64,000 nucleotides of DNA from Macrostomum hystrix (Eukaryota; Animalia; Platyhelminthes), in contig CATNEN010000038.1 in NCBI GenBank assembly GCA_950097015.1, positions 23,126,001 to 23,190,000 of the forward strand, given 5' to 3'. The translations under genes were made by a program, and so were the position numbers. Below, in pieces: positions 12,601 to 27,600 of this stretch (within the stretch, counting starts at the first letter, position 1; every line of letters starts with the position of its first letter). The notes beneath the pieces are model-generated. The model ran no database searches and was not told where the DNA came from. It saw nothing but the letters and a program-made list of their open reading frames with translations.

Positions 12601-15600
12601 GCAGTTCTGTCCACTGCGCTGACTCCTAAGCACGCACACAAAGATACCGTACGCAGGCACACGCTCACACAGGTGTGTACATCTGCCCTGACCTTTCATC
12701 GTCAGGCAGCGTTCACTTCGCTGCTCTTTGGAGGTTGGCCCTCAGGGGCGAAAATTGCACGACAAGCCCCCAAGTCTTCTCTCCATGGCTGCGCCCCCAA
12801 ATGAATGTGGCCTCGCCGCGTAATCGAGCTCAGGGACCTTGGTGCAAGAGGCAGACACGTTAGACCGCTCAGCTACTCACTCCCCGACGTAGCCTTTGTA
12901 TGCGCCTCAGTTTGTTTCCCCAAGTTAAGGTTAAAGGGCTGCTATTTTCACTTCCAGGAAAGAAGCTAATATTCAAACGTATGTCACTTAAGCTGTTCTT
13001 AAAGTACGTCCTATTTATCATTAAGTCCACGTAATCATATTGAATAAAGTAGTTCAAAACAGCTAGAAAATGTTGCTAAGCGTGCGAAACCTATCAGTAA
13101 CGCATGCCGCTATCCCATCCAACTCTAGGAAGCCAACCATTCGCTGACGGTACAAGCCACAAGCAGCTCGCAGACCACAGACGAAGCGAAGGAGTCCAAG
13201 AACCTGGACACTACCGACCTGTTGTTCGAGGGCCGACGCAGCAGCCTGAGAGACAGTCACGAATCCGAATGGTACCCGCTGCTGCAGTCCCGGCCAGTGG
13301 ACCTCACTAGCATCCGGGATCTCACAGTTACTAAGGACCAGGTCCGTCAGCAGCTCAGGCGTGCGTCGATTAGCGAGAGTACTCAAACAAAGCCGCCCGT
13401 TAGAATTCAAGAAGGGCTGATGTCGCCGACGAGCAAGTCTGTGCATGCTTACTCCGAGTACCGCCAGACAGCAACCCGGGACATTGAAGATCCTAAATTT
13501 AGACAGGCTGTGTACAACTACATTCAGGAGTATGAGTCCGAGGTGAAGCTCTATTTGCACAAGAGCCTCCCGAGCCCGATAGTGAACTCCTACTCCTCCT
13601 ACACCGAGAGTTCGTTTGCGGCAGGTCAGTCCGAGCGGACTGTGCAAGTTGAAGAGAAGCTGGAAGCCCAGAGAATAATAAAAACTGCCTCTGGAGTTTC
13701 GAGCATCAACGGTGATCACACGAGCAAGGCGATCGCCAGCACGGAGTGCTTTCAACAGACCGCACTACTAGAGAGCAAAATAGCGTGCCACTTGCACTAT
13801 ACAGTGCATGATGACCTATTCTACCTAGAAATCGAGAGCTTAGATTCAGAGACCCAGACTGACGAAGAATCAAGTGGCTCTAGAGTTGAAAAAGTCGAAG
13901 CCGCAGAAGAGGTCGTTTTCGAAGGTGCTGCAGTTACAACTGAAAAACAAACTCCTGCCTATCGTGGAGTCAACTATGAGGAAGGTATTGCAAATGAAGT
14001 TATTCAGATCGAAAATTCAGCCAAAGAAGGTCACCAGAAAGTAGAATTTCGCGATGCGTGCGTGGAGACAATCGAAAAGGAAACAGTCGAATCAGCCCTG
14101 TCTGTCGCACAAAAAATCAACAGCTTACAACTGTCTCAGGAAATCATCACAACCGAGACAAGCATCAAGTATGAAGTCGAGAATGCACTTGCGGACTTTC
14201 AATGCTTCGTCGATTTCGAGTTAGTTGAAAGCGGCGCCAAATGCGCAGAGGAGGACAAGGCAACTAAACAAATTTCCGACTGCGAAGTAAACTTCGAAAA
14301 CTTTTTCAAAGACATTGCGCAACAGACAGCGCCAAATATTGTGGAAGACAACATAAGCGTCAGACAGACGATTGCCTACACGGCTGTCCATAGAGAATTC
14401 TATTCAGAGGACGGCTCTGTGCTGAGCAAGGCAGATACAACCACAATTACTGATTGTTTGTCATACCTAGAGTCCAGTAGTAGAGAGGCCGCAGTCAAAG
14501 CGCAGACAACAACTAGCAATTCAGCAGTCAAAGTCAGTCAAAGCATCAGCTCGATGGAGGTGTTTGAAGAGATTCACTCGAAAGACTCGGCGCACCAGTA
14601 CAAAGAGTTGGCTAGCATAGCTGAGTGTTCCACTTTTATGGAGACTGCCATAGTCGAGGGCCAAGTAAAGGCTGCAAGGCAAGTTCAGGAACGAGCAGTA
14701 CAGATCAGCCAAGACATCAGTGAAATGTTGGTATTTGAAGAGTTGAGAACATCTGAAGCGGCGCACCAGTACACCGAGATCGTAGAGGTTGTCGACTGCA
14801 GTACGTACATAGAAACAAAATACGCAGAGAGTAGTGCGAAGGTACAAAAGCTGCTAAGAGAGAGTGCTATGAGAACTAATATAGAAGTTAGCAATTCTGC
14901 TGTCAAGGTCAGCCAAAATGTTTATAACATGGGAATATCGGAAGATGTCCTCTATTCAGACGCGTCCCATCAATACAGAGAAATGCTAGAAATTGCAGCT
15001 TGCGCCACAAGCCTAGAGACAGCAATGCGTGAAAGTCACATTCAAGCAGCAGCCCAGGTCAAGGAAGTCGCTATTCAGTTCAGTCAAGATGTCAAGGAGA
15101 TGGGTGCTTCTTCAGAGCTACAGATGTCCGAGGCCGCGCACCGATTTCGAGAAACGTTTATTACGGCAGAATGTCTGGCCTTCAGTGAGATTGCTCAAGC
15201 TGAAAATTCAGTTAAGGCTGCTAAACAGTTCAGAGAGGCATCGCTAAAAACATTTGTTAGCATTGACGAAATCGGCGTCTGTCAAGAAATTAAAGTAGCT
15301 AAAACGAGTGTAAACATCAAAGAAAGGACAATTAAAAAAGACTTTGCTTGCCAAAGTGAAATAATTTATGAAAGCCATTGCATCAAAACTTGTCCTCATT
15401 TACAAGAAAAGGGGGTAGGTGTCGGGACAAAAACATCGGAAGGAAGCATTAGCTACAAAGAACAAATATCGATAGCAGACTGCAAGAGTTACCTCGAGAC
15501 TGCGTTCCTTGAAGGCACCGTCAAAGTCGAAACCAAAGTCAGTGACGCATCAGTCAAGGTCAGCCAAGCCGTGAGCGAGCTCGGAGTCTCCGAGGAAGTG

Positions 15601-18600
15601 CACGTAGCTCAAGGATCAATGTACTTTAAGGAGCAGCTGGAAGTCGCCGAGTGCGCAACGTTCCTCGAGACTGCGTTCCTTGAAGGCACCGTCAAAGTCG
15701 AAACTAAAGTCAGTGACGCATCAGTCAAGGTCAGCCAAGCCGTGAGCGAGCTCGGAGTCTTCGAAGAAGTGCACGTGGCTCAAGGATCAATGTACTTTAA
15801 GGAGCAGCTGGAAGTCGCCGAGTGCGCAACGTTCCTCGAGACTGCGTTCCTTGAAGGCACCGTCAAAGTCGAAACCAAAGTCAGTGACGCATCAGTCAAG
15901 GTCAGCCAAGCCGTGAGCGAGCTCGGAGTCTTCGAAGAAGTGCACGTGGCTCAAGGATCAATGTACTTTAAGGAGCAGCTGGAAGTCGCCGAGTGCGCAA
16001 CGTTCCTCGAGACTGCGTTCCTTGAAGGCACCGTCAAAGTCGAAACCAAAGTCAGTGACGCATTAGTCAAGGTCAGCCAAGCCGTGAGTGAGCTCGGAGT
16101 CTTCGAAGAAGTGCACGTGGCTCAAGGATCAATGTACTTTAAGGAGCAGCTGGAAGTCGCCGAGTGCGCAACGTTCCTCGAGACTGCGTTCCTTGAAGGC
16201 ACCGTCAAAGTCGAAACCAAAGTCAGTGAAGCATCAGTCAAGGTCAGCCAAGCCGTGAGCGAGCTCGGAGTCTCCGAGGAAGTGCACGTGGCTCAAGGAT
16301 CAATGTACTTTAAGGAGCAGCTGGAAGTCGCCGAGTGCGCAACGTTCCTCGAGACTGCGTTCCTTGAAGGTACCGTCAAAGTCGAAACCAAAGTCAGTGA
16401 AGCATCAGTCAAGGTCAGCCAAGCCGTGAGCGAGCTCGGAGTGTTCGAAGAAGTGCACGTGGCTCAAGGATCAATGTACTTTAAGGAGCAGCTGGAAGTC
16501 GCCGAGTGCGCAACGTTCCTAGAGACTGCGTTCCTTGAAGGCACAGTCAAAGTCGAAACCAAAGTCAGTGACGCATCAGTCAAGGTCAGCCAAGCCGTGA
16601 GCGAGCTCGGAGTCTTCGAAGAAGTGCACGTGGCTCAAGGATCAATGTACTTTAAGGAGCAGCTGGAAGTCGCCGAGTGCGCAACGTTCCTCGAGACTGC
16701 GTTCCTTGAAGGCACCGTCAAAGTCGAAACCAAAGTCAGTGACGCATCAGTCAAGGTCAGCCAAGCCGTGAGCGAGCTCGGAGTCTTCGAAGAAGTGCAC
16801 GTGGCTCAAGGATCAATGTACTTTAAGGAGCAGCTGGAAGTCGCCGAGTGCGCAACGTTCCTCGAGACTGCGTTCCTTGAAGGCACCGTCAAAGTCGAAA
16901 CCAAAGTCAGTGACGCATCAGTCAAGGTCAGCCAAGCCGTGAGCGAGCTCGGAGTCTTCGAAGAAGTTCACGTAGCTCAAGGATCAATGTACTTTAAGGA
17001 GCAGCTGGAAGTCGCCGAGTGCGCAACGTTCCTCGAGACTGCGTTCCTTGAAGGCACCGTCAAAGTCGAAACCAAAGTCAGTGACGCATCAGTCAAGGTC
17101 AGCCAAGCCGTGAGCGAGCTCGGAGTCTTCGAAGAAGTGCACGTGGCTCAAGGATCAATGTACTTTAAGGAGCAGATGGAAGTCGCCGAGTGCGCAACGT
17201 TCCTCGAGACTGCGTTCCTTGAAGGCACCGTCAAAGTCGAAACCAAAGTCAGTGACGCATCAGTCAAGGTCAGCCAAGCCGTGAGCGAGCTCGGAGTCTT
17301 CGAAGAAGTTCTCGTAGCTCAAGGATCAATGTACTTTAAGGAGCAGCTGGAAGTCGCCGAGTGCGCAACGTTCCTCGAGACTGCGTTCCTTGAAGGCACC
17401 GTCAAAGTCGAAACTAAAGTCAGTGAAGCATCAGTCAAGGTCAGCCAAGCCGTGAGCGAGCTCGGAGTCTCCGAGGAAGTGCACGTGGCTCAAGAATCAA
17501 TGTACTTTAAGGAGCAGCTGGAAGTCGCCGAGTGCGCAACGTTCCTCGAGACTGCGTTCCTTGAAGGCACCGTCAAAGTCGAAACCAAAGTCAGTGACGC
17601 ATCAGTCAAGGTCAGCCAAGCCGTGAGCGAGCTCGGAGTGTTCGAAGAAGTGCACGTGGCTCAAGGATCAATGTACTTTAAGGAGCAGCTGGAAGTCGCC
17701 GAGTGCGCAACGTTCCTCGAGACTGCGTTCCTTGAAGGCACAGTCAAAGTCGAAACCAAAGTCAGTGACGCATCAGTCAAGGTCAGCCAAGCCGTGAGCG
17801 AGCTCGGAGTCTTCGAAGAAGTGCACGTGGCTCAAGGATCAATGTACTTTAAGGAGCAGCTGGAAGTCGCCGAGTGCGCAACGTTCCTCGAGACTGCGTT
17901 CCTTGAAGGCACCGTCAAAGTCGAAACTAAAGTCAGTGAAGCATCAGTCAAGGTCAGCCAAGCCGTGAGCGAGCTCGGAGTCTTCGAAGAAGTGCACGTG
18001 GCTCAAGGATCAATGTACTTTAAGGAGCAGCTGGAAGTCGCCGAGTGCGCAACGTTCCTCGAGACTGCGTTCCTTGAAGGCACCGTCAAAGTCGAAACCA
18101 AAGTCAGTGAAGCATCAGTCAAGGTCAGCCAAGCCGTGAGCGAGCTCGGAGTCTTCGAAGAAGTGCACGTGGCTCAAGGATCAATGTACTTTAAGGAGCA
18201 GCTGGAAGTCGCCGAGTGCGCAACGTTCCTCGAGACTGCGTTCCTTGAAGGCACCGTCAAAGTCGAAACCAAAGTCAGTGACGCATCAGTCAAGGTCAGC
18301 CAAGCCGTGAGCGAGCTCGGAGTCTCCGAGGAAGAGCACGTGGCTCAAGGATCAATGTACTTTAAGGAGCAGCTGGAAGTCGCCGAATGCGCAACGTTCC
18401 TCGAGACGGTGTTCCTAGGCGGCTCGATGCGAGTGAACCAAGAAGTGGACTCGATGGGAGCGTGCGAGATGCTGCTCATGTCCGACTCGACAGTGCGCTA
18501 CAAAGAGGAGCTCGCTGTGGCCGAATGCGCCACCTTCGTTGAGATGGTTTTCCTCGACGGTACGGCTCGAGCTGAAACGAAAGTCAAGGAAGCGTCAGTG

Positions 18601-21600
18601 CAAGTACAGCAGGAAGTGGACTCGATGGGAGCGTGCGAGATGCTGCTCCTGTCCGACTCGACAGTGCACTTCAATGAGGAGCTCGCTGTGGCCGAATGCG
18701 CAACCTTCCTCGAGACGGTGTTCCTGAGCGGCTCGATGCGAGTGAACCAAGAAGTGGACTCGATGGGAGCGTGCGAGATGCTGCTCATGTCCGACTCGAC
18801 AGTGCACTACAAAGAGGAGCTCGCTGTGGCCGAATGCGCCACTTTCGTTGATACGATTTTCCTCGACGGTGCGGCTCGAGCTGAAACGAAAGTCAAGGAA
18901 GCGTCAGTGCAAGTACAGCAGGAAGTGGACTCGATGGGAGCGTGCGAGATGCTGCTCATGTCCGACTCGACAGTGCACTACAAAGAGGAGCTCGCCGTGG
19001 CCGAATGCGCCACATTCCTCGAGACGGTGTTCCTAAGTGGCTCAATGCGAGTGAACCAAGAAGTGGACTCGATGGGAGCGTGCGAGATGCTACTCATGTC
19101 CGACTCGACAGTGCACTACAAAGAGGAGCTCTCTGTGGCCGAATGCGCCACATTCCTAGAGACAGTGTTCCTGAGCGGCTCGATGCGAGTGAACCAAGAA
19201 GTGGACTCGATGGGAGCGTGCGAGATGCTGCTCATGTCTGACTTGACAGTGCACTACAAAGAGGAACTTGCTGTGGCTGAATGCGCCACCTTCCTGGAGA
19301 CGGTGTTCCTGAGCGGCTCGATGCGAGTGAACCAAGAAGTGGACTCGATGGGAGCGTGCGAGATGCTGCTCCTGTCCGACTCGACAGTGCACTACAAAGA
19401 GGAGCTCGCTGTGGCTGAATGCGCCACCTTCGTTGAGATGGTTTTCCTCGACGGTGCGGCTCGAGCTGAAACGAAAGTCAAGGAAGCGTCAGTGCAAGTA
19501 CAGCAGGAAGTGGACTCGATGGGAGCGTGCGAGATGCTGCTCATGTCTGACTCGACAGTGCACTACAAAGAGGAGCTCGCTGTGGCCGATTGCGCCACCT
19601 TCGTTGAGATGGTTTTCCTCGACGGTGCGGCTCGAGCTGAAACGAAAGTCAAGGAAGCGTCAGTGCAAGTACAGCAGGAAGTGGACTCGATGGGAGCGTG
19701 CGAGATGCTGCTCATGTCCGACTCGACAGTGCACTACAAAGAGGAGCTCGCCGTGGCCGAATGCGCCACATTCCTCGAGACGGTGTTCCTAAGCGGCTCA
19801 ATGCGAGTGAACCAAGAAGTGGACTCGATGGGAGCGTGCGAGATGCTGCTCATGTCTGACTCGACAGTGCACTACAAAGAGGAGCTCGCTGTGGCCGATT
19901 GCGCCACCTTCGTTGAGATGGTTTTCCTCGACGGTGCGGCTCGAGCTGAAACGAAAGTCAAGGAAGCGTCAGTGCAAGTACAGCAGGAAGTGGACTCGAT
20001 GGGAGCGTGCGAGATGCTGCTCATGTCCGACTCGACAGTGCACTACAAAGAGGAGCTCGCCGTGGCCGAATGCGCCACATTCCTCGAGACGGTGTTCCTA
20101 AGCGGCTCAATGCGAGTGAACCAAGAAGTGGACTCGATGGGAGCGTGCGAGATGCTGCTCATGTCCGACTCGACAGTGCACTACAAAGAGGAGCTCTCTG
20201 TGGCCGAATGCGCCACATTCCTCGAGACGGTGTTCCTGAGCGGCTCGATGCGAGTGAACCAAGAAGTGGACTCGATGGGAGCGTGCGAGATGCTGCTCAT
20301 GTCTGACTCGACAGTGCACTACAAAGAGGAACTCGCTGTGGCTGAATGCGCCACCTTCCTCGAGACGGTGTTCCTGAGCGGCTCAATGCGAGTGAACCAA
20401 AAAGTGGACTCGATGGGAGCGTGCGAGATGCTGCTCATGTCCGACTCGACAGTGCACTACAAAGAGGAGCTCGCTGTGGCTGAATGCGCCACCTTCGTTG
20501 AGATGGTTTTCCTCGACGGTGCGGCTCGAGCTGAAACGAAAGTCAAGGAAGCGTCAGTGCAAGTACAGCAGGAAGTGGACTCGATGGGAGCGTGCGAGAT
20601 GCTGCTCATGTCCGACTCGACAGTGCACTACAAAGAGGAGCTCGCTGTGGCCGATTGCGCCACTTTCGTTGAGATGGTTTTCCTCGACGGTGCGGCTCGA
20701 GCTGAAACGAAAGTCAAGGAAGCGTCAGTGCAAGTACAGCAGAAAGTGGACTCGATGGGAGCGTGCGAGATGCTGCTCATGTCCGACTCGACAGTGCACT
20801 ACAAAGAGGAGCTCGCCGTGGCCGAATGCGCCACCTTCCTCGAGACGGTGTTCCTGAGCGGCTCGATGCGAGTGAACCAAGAAGTGGACTCGATGGGAGC
20901 GTGCGAGATGCTGCTCATGTCCGACTCGACAGTGCACTACAAAGAGGAGCTCGCTGTGGCCGAATGCGCCACCTTCGTTGAGATGGTTTTCCTCGACGGT
21001 GCGGCTCGAGCTGAAACGAAAGTCAAGGAAGCGTCAGTGCAAGTACAGCAGGAAGTCGACTCGATGGGAGCGTGCGAGATGCTGCTCATGTCAGACTCGA
21101 CAGTGCACTACAAAGAGGAGCTCGCTGTGGCCGAATGCGCCACATTCCTCGAGACGGTGTTCCTGAGCGGCTCGATGCGAGTGAACCAAGAAGTGGACTC
21201 GATGGGAGCGTGCGAGATGCTGCTCATGTCCGACTCGACAGTGCACTACAAAGAGGAGCTCGCTGTGGCTGAATGCGCCACCTTCCTCGAGACGGTGTTC
21301 CTGAGCGGCTCGATGCGAGTGAACCAAGAAGTGGACTCGATGGGAGCGTGCGAGATGCTGCTCATGTCCGACTCGACAGTGCACTACAAAGAGGAGCTCG
21401 CTGTGGCCGAATGCGCCACCTTCGTTGAGATGATTTTCCTCGACGGTGCGGCTCGAGCTGAAACGAAAGTCAAGGAAGCGTCAGTGCAAGTACAGCAGGA
21501 AGTGGACTCGATGGGAGCGTGCGAGATGCTGCTCATGTCTGACTCGACAGTGCACTACAAAGAGGAGCTCGCTGTGGCCGAATGCGCCACATTCCTCGAG

Positions 21601-24600
21601 ACGGTGTTCCTGAGCGGCTCGATGCGAGTGAACCAAGAAGTGGACTCGATGGGAGCGTGCGAGATGCTGCTCATGTCCGACTCGACAGTGCACTACAAAG
21701 AGGAGCTCGCCGTGGCCGAATGCGCCACATTCCTCGAGACGGTGTTCCTGAGCGGCTCGATGCGAGTGAACCAAGAAGTGGACTCGATGGGAGCGTGCGA
21801 GATGCTGCTCATGTCCGACTCGACAGTGCACTACAAAGAGGAGCTCGCTGTGGCCGAATGCGCCACCTTCGTTGAGATGATTTTCCTCGACGGTGCGGCT
21901 CGAGCGGAAACGAAAGTCAAGGAAGTGTCAGTGCAAGTACAGCAGGAAGTGGACTCGATGGGAGCGTGCGAGATGCTGCTCATGTCCGACTCGACAGTGC
22001 ACTACAAAGAGGAGCTCGCTGTGGCCGAATGCGCCACATTCCTCGAGACGGTGTTCCTGAGCGGCTCGATGCGAGTGAACCAAGAAGTGGACTCGATGGG
22101 AGCGTGCGACATGCTGCTCATGTCTGACTCGACAGTGCACTACAAAGAGGAGCTCGCCGTGGCCGAATGCGCCACATTCCTCGAGAGGGTGTTCCTGAGC
22201 GGCTCGATGCGAGTGAACCAAGAAGTGGACTCGATGGGAGCGTGCGAGATGCTGCTCATGTCCGACTCGACAGTGCACTACAAAGAGGAGCTCGCTGTGG
22301 CCGAATGCGCCACCTTCGTTGAGATGGTTTTCCTCGACGGTGCGGCTCGAGCTGAAACGAAAGTCAAGGAAATGTCAGTGCAAGTACAGCAGGAAGTGGA
22401 CTCGATGGGAGCGTGCGAGATGCTGCTCATGTCTGACTCGACAGTGCACTACAAAGAGGAACTCGCCGTGGCCGAATGCGCCACCTTCCTCGAGACGGTG
22501 TTCCTGAGCGGCTCGATGCGAGTGAACCAAGAAGTGGACTCGATGGGAGCGTGCGAGATGCTGCTCATGTCCGACTCGACAGTGCACTACAAAGAGGAGC
22601 TCGCTGTGGCCGAATGCGCCACCTTCGTTGAGATGGTTTTCCTCGACGGTGCGGCTCGAGCTGAAACGAAAGTCAAGGAAGCGTCAGTGCAAGTACAGCA
22701 GGAAGTCGACTCGATGGGAGCGTGCGAGATGCTGCTCATGTCAGACTCGACAGTGCACTACAAAGAGGAGCTCGCTGTGGCCGAATGCGCCACATTCCTC
22801 GAGACGGTGTTCCTGAGCGGCTCGATGCGAGTGAACCAAGAAGTGGACTCGATGGGAGCGTGCGAGATGCTGCTCATGTCCGACTCGACAGTGCACTACA
22901 AAGAGGAGCTCGCTGTGGCCGAATGCGCCACATTCCTCGAGACGGTGTTCCTGAGCGGCTCGATGCGAGTGAACCAAGAAGTGGACTCGATGGGAGCGTG
23001 CGACATGCTGCTCATGTCTGACTCGACAGTGCACTACAAAGAGGAGCTCGCCGTGGCCGAATGCGCCACCTTCGTTGAGATGATTTTCCTCGACGGTGCG
23101 GCTCGAGCTGAAACGAAAGTCAAGGAAGTGTCAGTGCAAGTACAGCAGGAAGTGGACTCGATGGGAGCGTGCGAGATGCTGCTCATGTCCGACTCGACAG
23201 TGCACTACAAAGAGGAGCTCGCTGTGGCCGAATGCGCCACCTTCGTTGAGATGGTTTTCCTCGATGGTGCGGCTCGAGCTGAAACGAAAGTCAAGGAAGT
23301 GTCAGTGCAAGTACAGCAGGAAGTGGACTCGATGGGAGCGTGCGAGATGCTGCTCATGTCTGACTCGACAGTGCACTACAAAGAGGAACTCGCTGTGGCT
23401 GAATGCGCCACATTCCTCGAGACGGTGTTCCTGAGCGGCTCGATGCGAGTGAACCAAGAAGTGGACTCGATGGGAGCGTGCGAGATGCTGCTCATGTCCG
23501 ACTCGACAGTGCACTACAAAGAGGAGCTCGCCGTGGCCGAATGCGCCACATTCCTCGAGACGGTGTTCCTGAGCGGCTCGCTGCGAGTGAACCAAGAGGT
23601 GGACTCGATGGGAGCGTGCGAGATGCTGCTCATGTCTGACTCGACAGTGCACTACAAAGAGGAACTCGCTGTGGCTGAATGCGCCACATTCCTCGAGACG
23701 GTGTTCCTGAGCGGCTCGATGCGAGTGAACCAAGAAGTGGACTCGATGGGAGCGTGCGAGATGCTGCTCATGTCCGACTCGACAGTGCACTACAAAGAGG
23801 AGCTCGCTGTGGCCGAATGCGCCACCTTCGTTGAGATGGTTTTCCTCGACGGTGCGGCTCGAGCTGAAACGAAAGTCAAGGAAATGTCAGTGCAAGTACA
23901 GCAGGAAGTGGACTCGATGGGAGCGTGCGAGATGCTGCTCATGTCCGACTCGACAGTGCACTACAAAGAGGAACTCGCCGTGGCCGAATGCGCCACCTTC
24001 CTCGAGACGGTGTTCCTGAGCGGCTCGATGCGAGTGAACCAAGAAGTGGACTCGATGGGAGCGTGCGAGATGCTGCTCATGTCCGACTCGACAGTGCACT
24101 ACAAAGAGGAGCTCGCTGTGGCCGAATGCGCCACATTCCTCGAGACGGTGTTCCTGAGTGGCTCGATGCGAGTGAACCAAGAAGTGGACTCGATGGGAGC
24201 GTGCGAGATGCTGCTCATGTCTGACTCGACAGTGCACTACAAAGAGGAGCTCGCTGTGGCCGAATTGCGCCACCTTCGTTGAGATGGTTTTCCTCGACGG
24301 TGCGGCTCGAGCTGAAACGAAAGTCAAGGAAGCGTCAGTGCAAGTACAGCAGGAAGTGGACTCGATGGGAGCGTGCGAGATGCTGCTCATGTCCGACTCG
24401 ACAGTGCACTACAAAGAGGAGCTCGCTGTGGCCGAATGCGCCACATTCCTCGAGACGGTGTTCCTGAGCGGCTCGATGCGAGTGAACCAAGAAGTGGACT
24501 CGATGGGAGCGTGCGAGATGCTGCTCATGTCCGACTCGACAGTGCACTACAAAGAGGAGCTCGCCGTGGCCGAATGCGCCACATTCCTCGAGACGGTGTT

Positions 24601-27600
24601 CCTGAGCGGCTCGATGCGAGTGAACCAAGAAGTGGACTCGATGGGAGCGTGCGAGATGCTGCTCATGTCCGACTCGACAGTGCACTACAAAGAGGAGCTC
24701 GCTGTGGCCGAATGCGCCACCTTCGTTGAGATGATTTTCCTCGACGGTGCGGCTCGAGCGGAAACGAAAGTCAAGGAAGTGTCAGTGCAAGTACAGCAGG
24801 AAGTGGACTCGATGGGAGCGTGCGAGATGCTGCTCATGTCCGACTCGACAGTGCACTACAAAGAGGAGCTCGCTGTGGCCGAATGCGCCACATTCCTCGA
24901 GACGGTGTTCCTGAGCGGCTCGATGCGAGTGAACCAAGAAGTGGACTCGATGGGAGCGTGCGACATGCTGCTCATGTCTGACTCGACAGTGCACTACAAA
25001 GAGGAGCTCGCCGTGGCCGAATGCGCCACATTCCTCGAGAGGGTGTTCCTGAGCGGCTCGATGCGAGTGAACCAAGAAGTGGACTCGATGGGAGCGTGCG
25101 AGATGCTGCTCATGTCCGACTCGACAGTGCACTACAAAGAGGAGCTCGCTGTGGCCGAATGCGCCACCTTCGTTGAGATGGTTTTCCTCGACGGTGCGGC
25201 TCGAGCTGAAACGAAAGTCAAGGAAATGTCAGTGCAAGTACAGCAGGAAGTGGACTCGATGGGAGCGTGCGAGATGCTGCTCATGTCTGACTCGACAGTG
25301 CACTACAAAGAGGAACTCGCCGTGGCCGAATGCGCCACCTTCCTCGAGACGGTGTTCCTGAGCGGCTCGATGCGAGTGAACCAAGAAGTGGACTCGATGG
25401 GAGCGTGCGAGATGCTGCTCATGTCCGACTCGACAGTGCACTACAAAGAGGAGCTCGCTGTGGCCGAATGCGCCACCTTCGTTGAGATGGTTTTCCTCGA
25501 CGGTGCGGCTCGAGCTGAAACGAAAGTCAAGGAAGCGTCAGTGCAAGTACAGCAGGAAGTCGACTCGATGGGAGCGTGCGAGATGCTGCTCATGTCAGAC
25601 TCGACAGTGCACTACAAAGAGGAGCTCGCTGTGGCCGAATGCGCCACATTCCTCGAGACGGTGTTCCTGAGCGGCTCGATGCGAGTGAACCAAGAAGTGG
25701 ACTCGATGGGAGCGTGCGAGATGCTGCTCATGTCCGACTCGACAGTGCACTACAAAGAGGAGCTCGCTGTGGCCGAATGCGCCACATTCCTCGAGACGGT
25801 GTTCCTGAGCGGCTCGATGCGAGTGAACCAAGAAGTGGACTCGATGGGAGCGTGCGACATGCTGCTCATGTCTGACTCGACAGTGCACTACAAAGAGGAG
25901 CTCGCCGTGGCCGAATGCGCCACCTTCGTTGAGATGATTTTCCTCGACGGTGCGGCTCGAGCTGAAACGAAAGTCAAGGAAGTGTCAGTGCAAGTACAGC
26001 AGGAAGTGGACTCGATGGGAGCGTGCGAGATGCTGCTCATGTCCGACTCGACAGTGCACTACAAAGAGGAGCTCGCTGTGGCCGAATGCGCCACCTTCGT
26101 TGAGATGGTTTTCCTCGATGGTGCGGCTCGAGCTGAAACGAAAGTCAAGGAAGTGTCAGTGCAAGTACAGCAGGAAGTGGACTCGATGGGAGCGTGCGAG
26201 ATGCTGCTCATGTCTGACTCGACAGTGCACTACAAAGAGGAACTCGCTGTGGCTGAATGCGCCACATTCCTCGAGACGGTGTTCCTGAGCGGCTCGATGC
26301 GAGTGAACCAAGAAGTGGACTCGATGGGAGCGTGCGAGATGCTGCTCATGTCCGACTCGACAGTGCACTACAAAGAGGAGCTCGCCGTGGCCGAATGCGC
26401 CACATTCCTCGAGACGGTGTTCCTGAGCGGCTCGCTGCGAGTGAACCAAGAGGTGGACTCGATGGGAGCGTGCGAGATGCTGCTCATGTCTGACTCGACA
26501 GTGCACTACAAAGAGGAACTCGCTGTGGCTGAATGCGCCACATTCCTCGAGACGGTGTTCCTGAGCGGCTCGATGCGAGTGAACCAAGAAGTGGACTCGA
26601 TGGGAGCGTGCGAGATGCTGCTCATGTCCGACTCGACAGTGCACTACAAAGAGGAGCTCGCTGTGGCCGAATGCGCCACCTTCGTTGAGATGGTTTTCCT
26701 CGACGGTGCGGCTCGAGCTGAAACGAAAGTCAAGGAAATGTCAGTGCAAGTACAGCAGGAAGTGGACTCGATGGGAGCGTGCGAGATGCTGCTCATGTCC
26801 GACTCGACAGTGCACTACAAAGAGGAACTCGCCGTGGCCGAATGCGCCACCTTCCTCGAGACGGTGTTCCTGAGCGGCTCGATGCGAGTGAACCAAGAAG
26901 TGGACTCGATGGGAGCGTGCGAGATGCTGCTCATGTCCGACTCGACAGTGCACTACAAAGAGGAGCTCGCTGTGGCCGAATGCGCCACATTCCTCGAGAC
27001 GGTGTTCCTGAGTGGCTCGATGCGAGTGAACCAAGAAGTGGACTCGATGGGAGCGTGCGAGATGCTGCTCATGTCTGACTCGACAGTGCACTACAAAGAG
27101 GAGCTCGCTGTGGCCGATTGCGCCACCTTCGTTGAGATGGTTTTCCTCGACGGTGCGGCTCGAGCTGAAACGAAAGTCAAGGAAGCGTCAGTGCAAGTAC
27201 AGCAGGAAGTGGACTCGATGGGAGCGTGCGAGATGCTGCTCATGTCCGACTCGACAGTGCACTACAAAGAGGAGCTCGCTGTGGCCGAATGCGCCACATT
27301 CCTCGAGACGGTGTTCCTGAGCGGCTCGCTGCGAGTGAACCAAGAAGTGGACTCGATGGGAGCGTGCGAGATGCTGCTCATGTCCGACTCGACAGTGCAC
27401 TACAAAGAGGAGCTCGCTGTGGCCGAATGCGCCACCTTCGTTGAGATGGTTTTCCTCGACGGTGCGGCTCGAGCTGAAACGAAAGTCAAGGAAATGTCAG
27501 TGCAAGTACAGCAGGAAGTGGACTCGATGGGAGCGTGCGAGATGCTGCTCATGTCCGAATCGACAGTGCACTACAAAGAGGAACTCGCCGTAGCCGAATG

